Positions 12,652 through 25,810 of a stretch of 64,000 nucleotides of DNA are shown here, piece after piece; position 1 is the stretch's first letter, and each line of letters opens with the position of its first letter. The notes under the pieces are model-generated. The model searched no databases and was not told the DNA's origin. It was given only the letters and a program-made list of their open reading frames with translations. The position numbers and the translations under genes were made by a program. Source of the stretch: Felis catus. Taxonomy: Eukaryota. Location: contig NC_058368.1 in the NCBI RefSeq assembly GCF_018350175.1, forward strand, positions 182,034,001 to 182,098,000. The letters run 5' to 3'.

Positions 12652-14220
12652 CCAAGATGGAATAATAGAGACCAGAATTACTCTCCTGTAGAAACATCAA
12701 AAAAAGAAAAAGAAAAAAAAATGAAACAATTATTTTGAAGACACTGGATACCAGGTAATGATGGCTACAGCTTCCTCAAGGCAAGGTGAGACTGACAATT
12801 GCTCCAGTTTACTGCCTTGAAAAAGTGACCAGACTATAGCACAAGGAGAAGGAAATCCATGAGTTAAGGATTGTTCTGAGAGTTCAAGGAGACTAAGGAA
12901 GACAGAGTTTGTAAGTTAGAGTATTTCAGGGGAGAGAGCTACACATAGAGAAAAAACACCATGTATCTGTAGCAGGTACCCCTAAAGTATTTAGCAGTAA
13001 TGTGTGTGCAAGAAAACTATCTGTGGCCAGGAAAAGGATTTGATGAAAGAGTACCCAGGGCTCAGACAGAAACAAAAAAGTGCCTGTTCCCAAATGGCAA
13101 ACTGGAAAAAGCTCAAAATTCACAAGAAATTATACAGAATACTCACAAGGATTTTCCTCTGTAGTGGAGAATAATTAGCTTTAGGCTAACAAATCTATAG
13201 CCTTGATAATCTGCTTAACAAATCTTAAAAACAAGACCTGAAAGGATCAAACCGTTTCTGGGTAACTGATCTACATCTCAGAACAAACCTCAAGAATATT
13301 TATAGGAATACAAAAATATCCAGCACTCAACATAGTAAAACATGTTTGAGATCCAATTAAAAAGTAATAAACATGAAAAGAAGTGTAAAATGACCGAAAG
13401 TGAAGAGAAAAATTATTCAATTGAAACTGCCCCAGAACAGACACAAATGTTAGTGTTAGCAGAGGAGGACATTAAAATAGTTATTATACGTTATCTGTCA
13501 AAAAAGCAGAGATGTGAAAGATATAAAAGTCAACCTGTATCAAAATTTTAGAGATTAAAACTGGTTTCTGAGATCAAAAATACACCAGATGGTCCCTGAT
13601 AGCACATTGGTTATTGGAGAAGAAATAATTAGTGAACTTGAAAACAGAGTTAAGTTACAAAAATCTATAGATTAAAATAAATTTAAGTGAACCAAAAATC
13701 AATGAACTATAAGATAACTTTAAGTGAACTAATATACATGCAATTAGGGTCCCTAAAAGAGGAGAGGACAGAAAAATATCTGTAGAAATATCTATATTTG
13801 AAGAAAACTATGAGCCTGTAGATCTAAGAAGCTCAACAAATTCCAAAACAAAGAAATATGAAGAAAGCTATGTCAAGATAAGTCATAATAACATTACCAA
13901 CATCCAGTAATAAAGAGAAACTCTTAAAACCAGCAGATATAAAAGATACTACCTACAAAAGAACAAAGATAAGAAGGACAGAAGATTTTTTCTGCGAGAA
14001 GACAGTGGAACAAAATCTTTAAAATAGTAAAAAATCAATGTCAACCTGGAATCTTATACCCAGTAAACATACCTCACAAAGATGAATAAGACTTTTATGC
14101 AACTACTACCGAAATAATTCGTCAGCAGCAGACCCACACTACAAAAATATTAAAGAAAGTCCTTGGGCAGAAGAGAAAAAAACAAATGAAAATACAGATC
14201 TACACAAAGGAATGAAGAAT
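12652..14220 (+). mobile_element. Ancient L1M (or HAL1-like) 5'UTR + ORF1 remnant
   Basis: starts ccaagatgg; degenerate ORF1 motifs: aatatacatgcaattagggtccc (NIxxIGVP), aaagagaaactcttaaaaccagc (KEKILKA), caacctggaatcttatacccagtaaac (QPRILYPAK), cccacactacaaaaatattaaag (PALQEILK). Confidence 0.75.
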
Positions 14221-14623
14221 ATTTCATATGCCTTATATAATAAACTACCATTCTTTTACAAGTTAGGGAACTATGGTTTAGAGAGGTTCAGTGGCTATTA
14301 TAAACAGCACAGTTGCTATGAGAACTTATACAGCTTTTGCAAGACACAGAAGCAGGTCCATGGATTTTTCTAAGTGTGTTTCAGGTTGCTCTCCCTCAAT
14401 TAACCAATGCAGAGAAATTGTTTTCTGTATTTTTATCCTTTGAAATGATAATTTCTCCAAACCAATCCCATTGTGAAAGATAATTCTCTGAAGTATATCT
14501 AATTAATTACTATTTGAATCACTTATTTAATACAGCTCTAGTGTCTTTATAAGAAAGTACATTTCTCCTGCAAATATAAAGTTCCATTTTGTAACCCTGA
14601 CCATATCTAGCAGAACATGGACA

Positions 14624-14654
<31 letters not shown>

Positions 14655-14674
14655 GCTAGTCATTGAATATATTT

Positions 14675-14800
14675 CTCCATTAGTCTGTGAACTACTTGAA
14701 AGCAGCACCATGTGTATGCATCCTTTTATTCCTAATGCAATGCTTGGAACATAGCTAGCACTCCACAAATATTCACTGACCAAATCAGTGAATTAAATGA
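14675..14800 (+). mobile_element. L2 3' end fragment
   Basis: ttagtctgtgaactacttgaaagcag...gcttggaacatagctagcactccacaaatatt matches the L2 3' terminus. Confidence 0.6.
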
Positions 14801-15307
14801 AATTAGTAGAATGGAACTGCTAGAAAAATAGTTTTCTATTCTTCTTAGTAGATTCAGTAGTTAATATAATTAATTTTCATTAGTGCCCTTCATTCTTCCT
14901 CAGTTTATTTTTCTCACCTGTCTTCCTTCCTTTTTTTTTTTCCCTTTTTCTTGAATTAAAAAAAACAAACAAACAAACAAACAGATTTCATCTGAGTCTT
15001 GTCTCAAGAACATTGGACAGTAAAATTTTCTTTGGCTTTGATAACTGAACAAGGAATGTACCATATGACCTGAGTATTGTAGTTCATATAAAAGTTTAAC
15101 TGAGAGTAAATTAACAAATTGTTTTTCATGTTTACAAACAATAGTAATAAATAACCTTTAAGTCTTAAATCATTTTAAGGTAGAAGTACAGCTAATTTTT
15201 CAGAACTTACAGTAGAGCTATTGATATTGTAAAAATTTATCCCAGGACCCTTGTGGTTGGGATGATGTTAAAGCAAAGAAAAGGGTAGATATTTAAAAGG
15301 TAAATGA

Positions 15308-15484
15308 GGAGAGCCTGAGTGGTTCTGCCAGTTGAGTGTCAGACTCTTGATTTTGGGTCAGGTCGACAGAGATGAACTGACAGAGCAGAGCCTGCTTGGG
15401 ATTCTCTCTCTCGCTCTCTCTTTGCCCCTCCCCGCTCCTCTCTCACAAAATAAATACATATTTATGTAAAAATTAAAAAAAAAT
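15308..15484 (+). mobile_element. Can-SINE (older SINEC), internally deleted
   Basis: gcctgagtggtt...gactcttgatttt...gagcctgcttgggattctctctc, A tail; TSD aaaggtaaatga at 15296-15307 and 15485-15496. Confidence 0.85.
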
Positions 15485-17129
15485 AAAGGTAAATGATTAA
15501 GGAATATAAATTCAAGTTGTTTTTCATTTTGGGTTTGATATTGGTCTAAAATATTCTCTCAGCAGAGCCTTTGGACAATTTTGAAAAAGAAAATAGGTAA
15601 TCATTATATTAGCTTTTCCAGTATGTTGTATGTAGACTATCCACACTAGAATAATTAAAGATGCTTATTAAAAATCTAGAATCCAGTGTGTTTCTCTCTT
15701 CCTCTCCTCCCTCCCAAATGAACCAAAGTCTCTGTTTGGGGACTGAGAATCTATGTTTTAAATCTCTTTGAGGGCCTCTTACTGATGTTACAAGCCTTTG
15801 GAACCCATGGGAAACTACTTAATACTCATTTATCAGTATGGATTCCTTTTCCCATAAGCAACAGAAAACCCAAAATTATTGGCTCATATAATCGAAAATT
15901 CAAGACTGATGTCTTGAATCTCCTCCAGACTGATGTTATTATTACTAAGAAAAGTGGTTAAAAAATATGTGGAGTGAGTAGATTTTGATGTTGTACCTGG
16001 CCAGGTTGAATCACCTGTCTAGTCTTTCAGGGACAGATGGATATATCTTCACTGTAGCACATGATACAGAGGATGGTTTTAAGATTATACAATATTTCAT
16101 CTCTGTCTCTCTCTCATATATTTATATGTGTGTACACACACACAATACACACACACACATATAACAAAGAGACAGAAACACACAAAGAATGACAAAGAGA
16201 GAAACTGCAGATTCCTAGGATAATAAATATATAAGATTCCATGCTAAATTATTTCCCTAGAGAAAGGACTGAATGCACATTTCATGCCATATCCTCTTTA
16301 GGAGGTCAAAAATGATTTCAGCATTTCCTTAGGAATTCGTTTTGGACTGTGAAGCACTGCCAGTGTCCCAGGTTTAACTGAGAACCTTTTCTTTTGGAAC
16401 AATATAAATTCCTCAGAGGATGGATTGTTTTGGGGGATTTCCCTGAATATTGTAGAAATGGAGAAAGCTAAGGAAAAAATTGATAACCCATGAAGAAGAA
16501 GTCAAAAATGGAAAATAGAACTCTAATATACTATATAACAAAAGATGCATTATCATAATATTTCCTTCTCCACAATCTAATTACAACTCCCAACTGTTTT
16601 CCCTGCTAATATCAATACAATCCTTTCTTTGAAACTAAAAATTATTTTGTCAACTGAACCAAAGCAATAATAGACCATTTTGAGAAAAGAGATCCATGGA
16701 ATTAGTTTACTTAATCTCAGTTGTTCCAGTTACCAGAACATTTTGGTTTCTCTAGGTGGCCTCCAAGAGACTTCTGGTCAAAATTTCCTTTGTGTTCAAA
16801 TAGTTCATGGCCACTATTCTTTTGAAATCTGTGTCTATCTTTTATCATTTAAAAACTATATACTTTGTCAATTATATTTAACTATGAAAGCTACCAAGTG
16901 TGTCCAGTGAGCAACTTGAAGTCTTAAACTGAAAAATAGCTAAAATATTAAAACAATGGGGTTAATTTTAAATAGTTGATACATATTCTCCCATTTTATA
17001 ATTCACAATTCGCATAAATGAGTAATAAATGGGTTTATTTTCCACAGACAGACTTCTGAGGCTCTCCTGAAATTTTCGAAGGCTATTAACATAATTCATG
17101 CCTTATTATGAAGGCATTAAAGATAAATT

Positions 17130-18250
17130 TGGCCTGAATTCTGAAATTTTAGACATGACTAAGACCTAGAGTCTTGGCATTAGGGAGTTCAGCTTGGTTG
17201 ATTAGACAGATAAGCAATCAAACAGTGAAATAACTGTCATGACGGAGGTATATATAGTGTTGCAGGAGTATAACATTAGGGCCATGATGTTCTTCTAGGG
17301 CTGGGAGACTGCTCTCCAAGAACTTAATATGAACAAAGAAGGGCATCAGAAATTAAATTATTTTGACAAGGAAAAAAGGTATTAAACTCAAAGAGAACAG
17401 CATGTGCAAGGGCATAGAGAGCTGAGTAACCATGGTTCATTCAGGGAAAAGGGTCTCTGTCTATCTATGAAGCCCAAAGTTCCAAAGATCCTAGGAGAAA
17501 GATGTGACTGGAGAGGGACACAATGGCTAGATTACAAAAAGCCTTGATTACCATGTTGGATTTTCCTGAGATGGAGCAAAGGAGATGAAATATATACATA
17601 CATACATACATACATACATACATACATAACAAAGCACATAGCAACACTGCTGACCATTCACTATTACCTGGTATTGTTCTCAATGTTATTTAATCCTCAC
17701 AGCTTTACTCTGAAAGAAACTGAGACACAAAGGCTAAATGACATTGTCTCATGATTCTCAGCCTGCAAATGTCATGCTTGATATTGAATGCATTACATCA
17801 CTCCATGGAACTGAAACCATACTGGCCCAATGTACTACAAAGGATTGATTATATTTAGGTCAACATATTATTATGGTAGATTTGTGAAAGATGTATTGAG
17901 AAGAAGGAAACATCAGAGATAAGAATATTGCAAGAATAGAGGCTAGAGATAAGAAATTAAATGGAGGGAGTTGTTTGTGGTTACCATAGAGCAGAATGGA
18001 TGAATTCTATAAATATGGAAGCCAGGAAACTGGGCAAGAAAATTTGGGAAAAGGCAGATTCTAGAGGACTATCAGAGTTATAGTTTCAGCAACCAGGAGG
18101 GAGTGTCAATGGGGGAATAGGCATGCCATTTATTAAAAGTAAAATTCAAAAACAGGAACAATGTTTGAGGAAGGGAACTTTAAGAGTTCAATTTTTGAAA
18201 TAATGAATTTCACTCATCTGTAGATATCAAGGAAGTTAGGCTAGCAACAG
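17130..18250 (-). mobile_element. Degraded L2, interrupted by (TACA)n and a MIR fragment
   Basis: L2-like purine-rich segments (gagaacagcatgtgcaagggcatagag; gagttcaatttttgaaataatgaattt). Confidence 0.5.
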
Positions 18251-20009
18251 GTTTTTAATGACTGCCTCAACTGCTAAGTGATGTCTTTTACACGAAAGAA
18301 TGTATGAGAATCTTTCTTTCATCTATTCTCTTTCCAATTCATGTTGTAACCAAAATCAATCTATTATGGCCTGTACCTAAATCCCCATGCCTGCCCTTTT
18401 CTCAACTTGGCTTATCACAAAAAGATATATCTTCTCACTTCTATTCTTGAAGGAAGCATGAATCATTCTCAGTGGGAAAAACACAGCATTGGGAGTCTTA
18501 AAATATTGGGCTCCTCATCTCTCCCACATCTGTAATTCAGTGACTTGCTCCCACTCGAAAAATATTTACAAACATAAGAAGATGCCCTCTTAGTCCTTTT
18601 ATTTGGAAACTCCAGCTATTTATTTAAAAAGGTTTTGTGGTATTTACTGTATTTCAAAAACTAGATAACAGTAGTATACAAATCTCTTTTTATAATTTTG
18701 GTCCCTCCTTAAGAAAAAAAAAATCAGTGTTTCCTCCACCTTAAACAAAATAGTTGCTTTTAAGTTAATTTATCATAAGCCTTGACAAATGCTTTAGGTT
18801 TATTTGTAGCTCCTGGTGGCAGTTATTATTTTCTTGCTACAAAACCTGTCCCTATATAGTTCTTTTTCAGTATATTTCTAAACCACAAATATAATCAACC
18901 TTTTCTTTGCAATTTAATAGTCTTTGATAGTGCCACATTCCTATTAAAGTGCAAAATACTTAAGTATGGCATCAAAGTCTTTATAAATTTGCCCCCTATA
19001 CCTTTCTATCTTCCGCTATACTCTGAAATATACTACATGTTGCTTCCTCAGATGTACCACATTCTGTCTCATGCCTTGGTCTTTGCTAAAGTTACTCTGT
19101 TGGAATTTGTTTCTCTGGCAACACACACACATTTACCCCATTGGCATTTCATACTCAGCTAACAAGGTCCAATTTAAATGTTAATTGACACTTTCTCTCT
19201 GAAGCCTTCCTTGATGCCCTTTAGCAGAGTAAATTATCCTCTCATATCCCAATATCACTTTGTATATATTTCTAGTATACCTCTTCTCACATTGTGTTTT
19301 AACTCAGGTTTTCCCAAACTGGGGTTCCCCTTGTATTCTCAGAGGGTGCCTTTGAATTATTTTTGAAAATGTTTTGTTTTTGTTTCATTAATAATATAAA
19401 ATATTTTATGTATGTATTTTTAGATCATCTAGTTGAGTATTTATAACTAAGTACTCTGGTACTATTTAAACGTTGAGGTTTGCATTTACATTTTTAATCA
19501 TGTGGACATATTGTACTATTTTTATTGTTGTGTGCTAAAGAAAATAACATGGAGAAAACAATTTAAAAATGATTTCTTCCAAGTGAAGGCCTAACAAATG
19601 TCTCTACATTGCCATACAAAAAAGCATTCACATATTTAAAGGAAATAAAAGTAATGGAAGAATAGTGTCATTTATAATTTTGCTTTCTTTATAATTGTCC
19701 AAAAGTGAAGTACTATTTGTTCAGTCAGGTTTTACTAATGTACGTATTTGATTAAAATTATACAAAATTAATTTATGTCAAACTTTTCATTTCTTTTTAA
19801 TGTAATGGGTTTTAAATTACTGGAGTTTGAGAAATATATATGTACACATATATGTGTTCATATATATGTACGCATATGTGTGTGTGTATATAATTTTTTT
19901 CTTTCCCACTATAATGGAAAAAGTGGTATGAATACAAGACAAAAACTATGTTCATCAAAGTATTTCTATAATGGCACAATCCTAGGAACAGATTAAGGGC
20001 CCCAAAACT

Positions 20010-20125
20010 TAACCTTTTATCCATTAATAGACATTTGGGTTGCTTCCACCTCTTGCCTATTTTGAATATTATTGCTATGAACACATGTGTGCCAATATCT
20101 CTTTAAGATTCTGTTTTCAATTCTG
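20010..20125 (-). mobile_element. Old L1M ORF2 3' fragment
   Basis: translates MFIAIIFKIGKRWKQPKC, the L1 ORF2 C-terminal motif. Confidence 0.7.
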
Positions 20126-20577
20126 AACACATGCATTTTATGATAAGAGGCAGGTAGAAAATATCTTCATTTGCTGAGAGCCAAGAGGGACACTTAGATG
20201 TTAGATCTTCATTCCTTAGATCTTCAAGTTGCTTTTATTTTTGGAGGCACTTTCTGATATCATATTAAAAATGTTAACATACATGCGTGTTTGACATTAA
20301 AATGATTTTAAATTAGTGAAGAGTTATTATTTGTTTTGGAAACTATTTGGTTATATGTCACTGCCTTAATTTATAATTGGCAGTGATTCCTCAACAGTCA
20401 TGGTACACACCAGAAATTCTTATAAAGCAAGGCTATCTAATCTGCAAATTGACTTAAATGTTTGGAAACTTTGTTGATATTAAACTTAACAACTAATAGA
20501 ATTTATATGCTATGTTGTGAACACTGAATTAAACATGCATTGATCTCAAATTCAGTGTTTTTTTTCTTTTCCCTATT

Positions 20578-20580
20578 GAA

Positions 20581-20622
<42 letters not shown>

Positions 20623-20685
20623 GACATATATATACATATGAAGACATATATATATATCTACATATATATGTAGATATATATATGT
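20578..20685. repeat. GAAGAC(AT)n compound repeat
   Basis: GAAGAC at 20578, 20620 and 20640, each followed by an (AT)n run. Confidence 0.9.
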
Positions 20686-23600
20686 TCTAAGCATTTTTTA
20701 AGTCACTCAATAAGGTACAGGCCCTAAAAACCCTGGAATTAATGGACAAAACACACCTGAGGACCAAATATTCCACTTTTAAAACTATATAAAAATTAAG
20801 CCCCATGGTTATAGTTTGGTATATAAGAAAATAAATCAAATTAGAGATGGTCCTTTCTGAGTGCTGTGTATCTACAGTGTTGCCTTGAGGAATAGAGATA
20901 TTTTAAAGTTAAAATATGTGCTGGGGTCAGAAAATGAACAGAGAAACTGTTTTTTTAAATAAATTGAAACCATTCTTCAAGTTAGGAGAATCGGAGTACA
21001 GAAAAGACAATGTGCGTGGCTATGGGACTAAAAACTTAGTAAAAGCCATTCCAATTTAGAGTAGTTTCACAGACATTTGTATGCCAAGATTTCACAAGGA
21101 TCCCTCTTGCCCTTAATTTATTTGCCCTCCAAACCCCAAATTTCATAACTCATTCTTTAGCAAGAGAAGAGGATATCTTTATCTCAAAACAAGAGAAAAA
21201 CAGGAACACTGCTCTATGGAATTGTAATTGATATACGTCTTCAGAAGACACTTAACTTTTGAAACACCCTGACTCATGTAGATATTTGTTTAATGTGTCA
21301 GGAAAACATGACCTGATCTTCATATCCTGAAAGAATGGCTGTCCAGTAATTAGTGCTGTAACTGCTACTTGCTACTGTTCTCAATAGATAACTGTGAGGC
21401 TTGTATGTAAACTAAACTCACTTTCAGTGGGAGTCCTTTAAAAACATATAGCAAGCAAACACACCGAAATATTAATTTGCACTCACTTGATGCCACTAGA
21501 CACTCCAATTATCTCTTGCTGTTTAAGCCAGAAGACTTTTCCAGGCTTAAAACTAGTCTCTGAAGAGATTTAATTCAATATTACTTACCCAAAAGCAGCG
21601 AGCATGTTCTTTTTCTGACCTTCAGGTCAATGAGAGTGACCCAACTGAGACCCAATCAAATCTGAATATGTACCCCCCTAAAGAACTATTCACAAGGTTA
21701 ATTGTGTCTTGCTTCTATTTGCTGAATAAGGAATCAATTAAAGAGAATAGCAAAAGAAGCCATAAATGGCTACATGAACTATGTAGAAGTGAGCCGTATA
21801 GAGAAACAGACTTCCCTTTGCCTCTAACCTACATACATCTCTGCACAGAAGGACATAAAGCAATGGCAGAGGCATTCTTGTGCTTCCTATCATTATTGTA
21901 ATCAATACCTACTCTACTCTTGCATTGAATTATGTCATTTGAGAATTCACAGAGGCCAAAACAGATACCTAAGACAATTTTGTTATTGGTCATATGGAAA
22001 AATTTGTTGGACTTAAACACTATCATGATGCATTAATTTACTCATTTGTAGGGAGACATAATAATAACAGGTCTCGTTGTAACAACCTGGTATGGGGGGT
22101 GGGAAGAGGTTTTAGCAAAAATACTACTGTGTATTAACTTCCAAGGTTTATGTGTGGGCAATGAAAAAAACATATGTGTGTCAAAAGAGCACAATTTATA
22201 AAGAAAGATAACAGAAAGAAGAAAAAAAAAACTTTTCTACAGGAAACACAAAATGGGCGGGAGCACCTGAGTCCTTAACATTATACTCAATTATAGAATA
22301 ATGCAAGAGAGGGAAAATATTCTTTAAACCTTAAAACGATGACAATAAACATTTGCGGGCTTACTATTGCTAAACATCCTAAGAGTTTTGGAAGCATCTT
22401 TCCATTCCTCACCACAATCCCTGAGGCTCAGAGAACTTAAACAAAGCAAGGAAAATGACAAGCTTGAATCTGAAATACTGCAGCCAGTTCTTTATATTTA
22501 ACTGTACCTTCTATCCACCGATTATCAAAGACAAGACATGCAGACATAACAATTCAGTGTAAAAACAATGAATATGAAAGCTTGCAGTAACGCGGTAGCT
22601 GGTGTGGAGTAGGCACCAATTGAGGTTTCTGTGGAGGATGAGTACTGGACTTTAGAAAGAGAGTCAGCAGTAATCCAGAGCCAACTGTTAAGGCCTTAGT
22701 CAACTGAATGCCTCTAAGAGTTTGCAGTTAGAGCCAAGTTTCTCCATGCAGTTGATGTGTGTTTATTATCCAGAGTTTCCAGTATTAACAGTTCCTTGGC
22801 TCACTCTGGACAAAGCAAATGTGACATTTCACCGAGATGCCTGGGAAGAGATGAGGTTGGAGACTTTTGGCATGAATCTTGGTTTCCTGCATATGGCTAC
22901 AATAATGAAATGCAGCTTTGATTTTCATATCTAAATGTAACAATAATAGTATTTTAGGGTCAGAAATTGTGTTCACTCATTCTATTATGAGGTCCTTCCT
23001 TCACCTCTGTGCTTATCAATTCATCTATCCTTCTTTTAGTCAATGCTTTCTGGAGCTGAGCCCTGTAGTGAGGCCCTAAACTTGAGTATAACTTGTGTGT
23101 TGGCAGAATACTAATAAACCTTAACTTGTTAGTTGTAAACCTCATCCTGATAATCTTATAATTTGAAAACCCTATCAAGAATTCTCCCTAAATCCTTTGC
23201 TGTTGATTAGGTCAGACATTTAGTTCCTTCTGAATGTATAAATGCCATGTTCAATCCAATCTTTTCACTAGAAAGACTTGGAGCAGTTTACCCATTTCTG
23301 TCAACAATAGGCTCTCCTTTCCTTCCTACTCACTTTCCCTCCCCAGATCCCATTGTGTTTGGATTAAGTGAGACCAAAGCATCTGTTCTTCTGTGGTACC
23401 TCTGATTTAGTCTGTCTCACAGTGGTTCTATTGCTTTTCCCATTCAGCAGCTACTACTCACATGCATGTTAAGCTGAGACTTGAACTATCAGGATCAACA
23501 TTTGAATCAGGATTAGCTATCAAAGGAAGGCAACAATTTACTAGGCCTCATGAGGGGAGTTGGCTTTTCAGAACAATTCTTCCCTCAAAAAAGCTTGACT

Positions 23601-24710
23601 AACACACTGAGAAGAAAAACAAAGAGGCATAGAGCATGTAAGACATGTTAAATAATGGTGGTAAGCTGTGATCACTACTATGGGAAGGCAGGACAAAAAG
23701 AGGCAGTAGTGCAGTGTTAAGTGACAGAGAATGAAGCAAGAACACACCTGTTCATCACTGTGACACAGTCCCTTGAACTCTGAGCATCCAACTAAAGCTA
23801 CAGCACTTCCTTTATGGCATAACACGCCTACTTTTAGCTTTTTGCTTTCTTAAATCTCCTGGGTAAGATCTAATGAGGTTTGAAAGATAATTCATTATGT
23901 TCTCTGAAAGTGCTCAATGTAAAAATATAGGTTAAATTTACAGAAGGACTTAGTCCAGTAAGTGCTCCTCAAATGTGACATACACCCAAGTTGTATGTAT
24001 ATTACCACATCTTTTGACTGCATACTGCTGAGGCAAGCAAGAGTGAGAGGAGGCTTACAGCTCTTAGTACCAAAAAAACAAAAACAAAAAACAAAAAAAA
24101 AAAAAAACAAAAAAAAACCAAAAACACCTTTTAATGTATGTGCTCTCCCTGGTACAGATGCCCTTCTCATCACAGAGTTGTTTTTGCTAAGTACCAATTG
24201 TACATGACTATGGTTGGGGCCAAGCAGAAAGTCTGTAAACTTTACCTTCTTGAGCTTGATTACGAGGCTCTTCAAAAAGGTCCCTCATTTGTTGTCCCTC
24301 TTATGAACTATGTGTTCCCAGGAAGTAGTTAGCAGAAAGCAGCTGGTATTAATGGATTCTCTGAAGGACTTTCCTGGAAGCTGGCTTCCTGCCGAGGCAA
24401 GCGATTTTCCCAAAGGGAATTGAGCAAAGCCTGAACCTGGCTTCCAAGTTCCTTATTGTATCTGTGAACATGTCTGAATTAAAACAAGTCATATACACCT
24501 GGACAGATGGTATGGTGTTGCTTCAGTTCATAAGTAATGGAGCACCAGTACACTCTACTGGTTCAGTCTGATCCCCATGAAGTCCTCTTCCAACTCTTGA
24601 CAAATTTGACAAAGCAGGCATTTCTGATTGTTAATGGATTTCTCTTCTGCTGGGTGATCTGAAGCCATGGAAAGAACTTACTCTAAGTGCAATAAAATAA
24701 TCATTAGACT

Positions 24711-24893
24711 GGGGTACCTGGCTTAGTTGGTTAGGCATTCGACTTCAGCTCAGATCATGATCTCACAGTTTGGGAGTTCAAGTCCTGCATCAGGTTCTGT
24801 GTTGACAGCTCAGAGCCTGGAGCCTGCTTCAGATTCCGTGTCTCCCTCTCTCTCTACCCCTCTCCCCGCTTTCACTCTCTCTTTAAAAAAAAA
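24711..24893 (+). mobile_element. Can-SINE (SINEC_Fc2-like)
   Basis: ggggtacctgg...gacttcagctcagatcatgatctc...gacagctcagagcctggagcctgcttcagattc, CT tract, A tail; imperfect TSD aatcat(t)agac. Confidence 0.9.
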
Positions 24894-25239
24894 ATCATAG
24901 ACAATTTTTTTCCAGAGGACCAACGTAATCTGAGTTTAATTTTTAATACAATCACTATATAGTATATAGTATATAGTATATAGATATAATACTATATTTC
25001 ATTTGGGGGAAGTGGGTCTCGCTTTCTACTTCTCCCACTGAAATCCTAATTTAAACTAACATCATCTGATGCTTAGATCACTCCATGATTCTGATTCTTC
25101 CATCTCAATAGCCATATTGACTTTTTTCTCAGCATTTGATCATGAAAGTTTGCAAATATATAGAAAAGGTGAAGACACTGTATGGTAAAAACCTATATAC
25201 TCACCACCTAGATTCTATAATTAATATTCATTCTGACTG

Positions 25240-25810
25240 AAAATCTGTAAGTTAGGTCATTCGCACTATTACCCAAATAAACACTTTCGTACTGTACTCA
25301 GAACAACATCGAAAATCTTTACCATAGTTTACCAGGTCCAGCCTGATCTCATTCACAACTTCTGTATGACCTCATTTTTTACCCCTCCTCTCTTCTATTA
25401 TTGATATCCAGGGACAGTGCCATTCTTGTTCAAATATAACAAGTTTTTCCCTGACTCAGGGCCTTTACTTTTGCTCTTCTATTAGACCTACCCCTGACCA
25501 TCTCCTTCTCTTCCTTCTGGTCTCAGCTTAAACATACCTCTTCAGAGACCCTTTCCTTGACCTTCCCATCTTAAGCAATTTCTGGTCCCCAGTTACTCTC
25601 TACCACAGTACCATACTTGATTGCATTTACAGGCCATTCTCTGAAATTCCCTTACATGTTTTTGTGTTCAATTCCTCTGTATTTCATTTCATTAAAATGT
25701 TAGTGCTTTTTTGAAAGCAAAGACCTTGTCTATGTTATTCATATCCAAATCTCAGTGGCTTGAGTAGTACCTACTTCATAGAAGTTGAATAAATATGTGC
25801 TGAGTATATT
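25240..25810 (+). mobile_element. L2 3' region
   Basis: tcagggcctttacttttgct...tctcagcttaaacatacctcttcagagaccc...gaaagcaaagaccttgtc...aataaatatgtgctgag. Confidence 0.65.

Noticed and set aside
17098..17117. Short inverted repeat atgcctt-N6-aaggcat
   Set aside because: A 7-bp stem is expected by chance in 64 kb.
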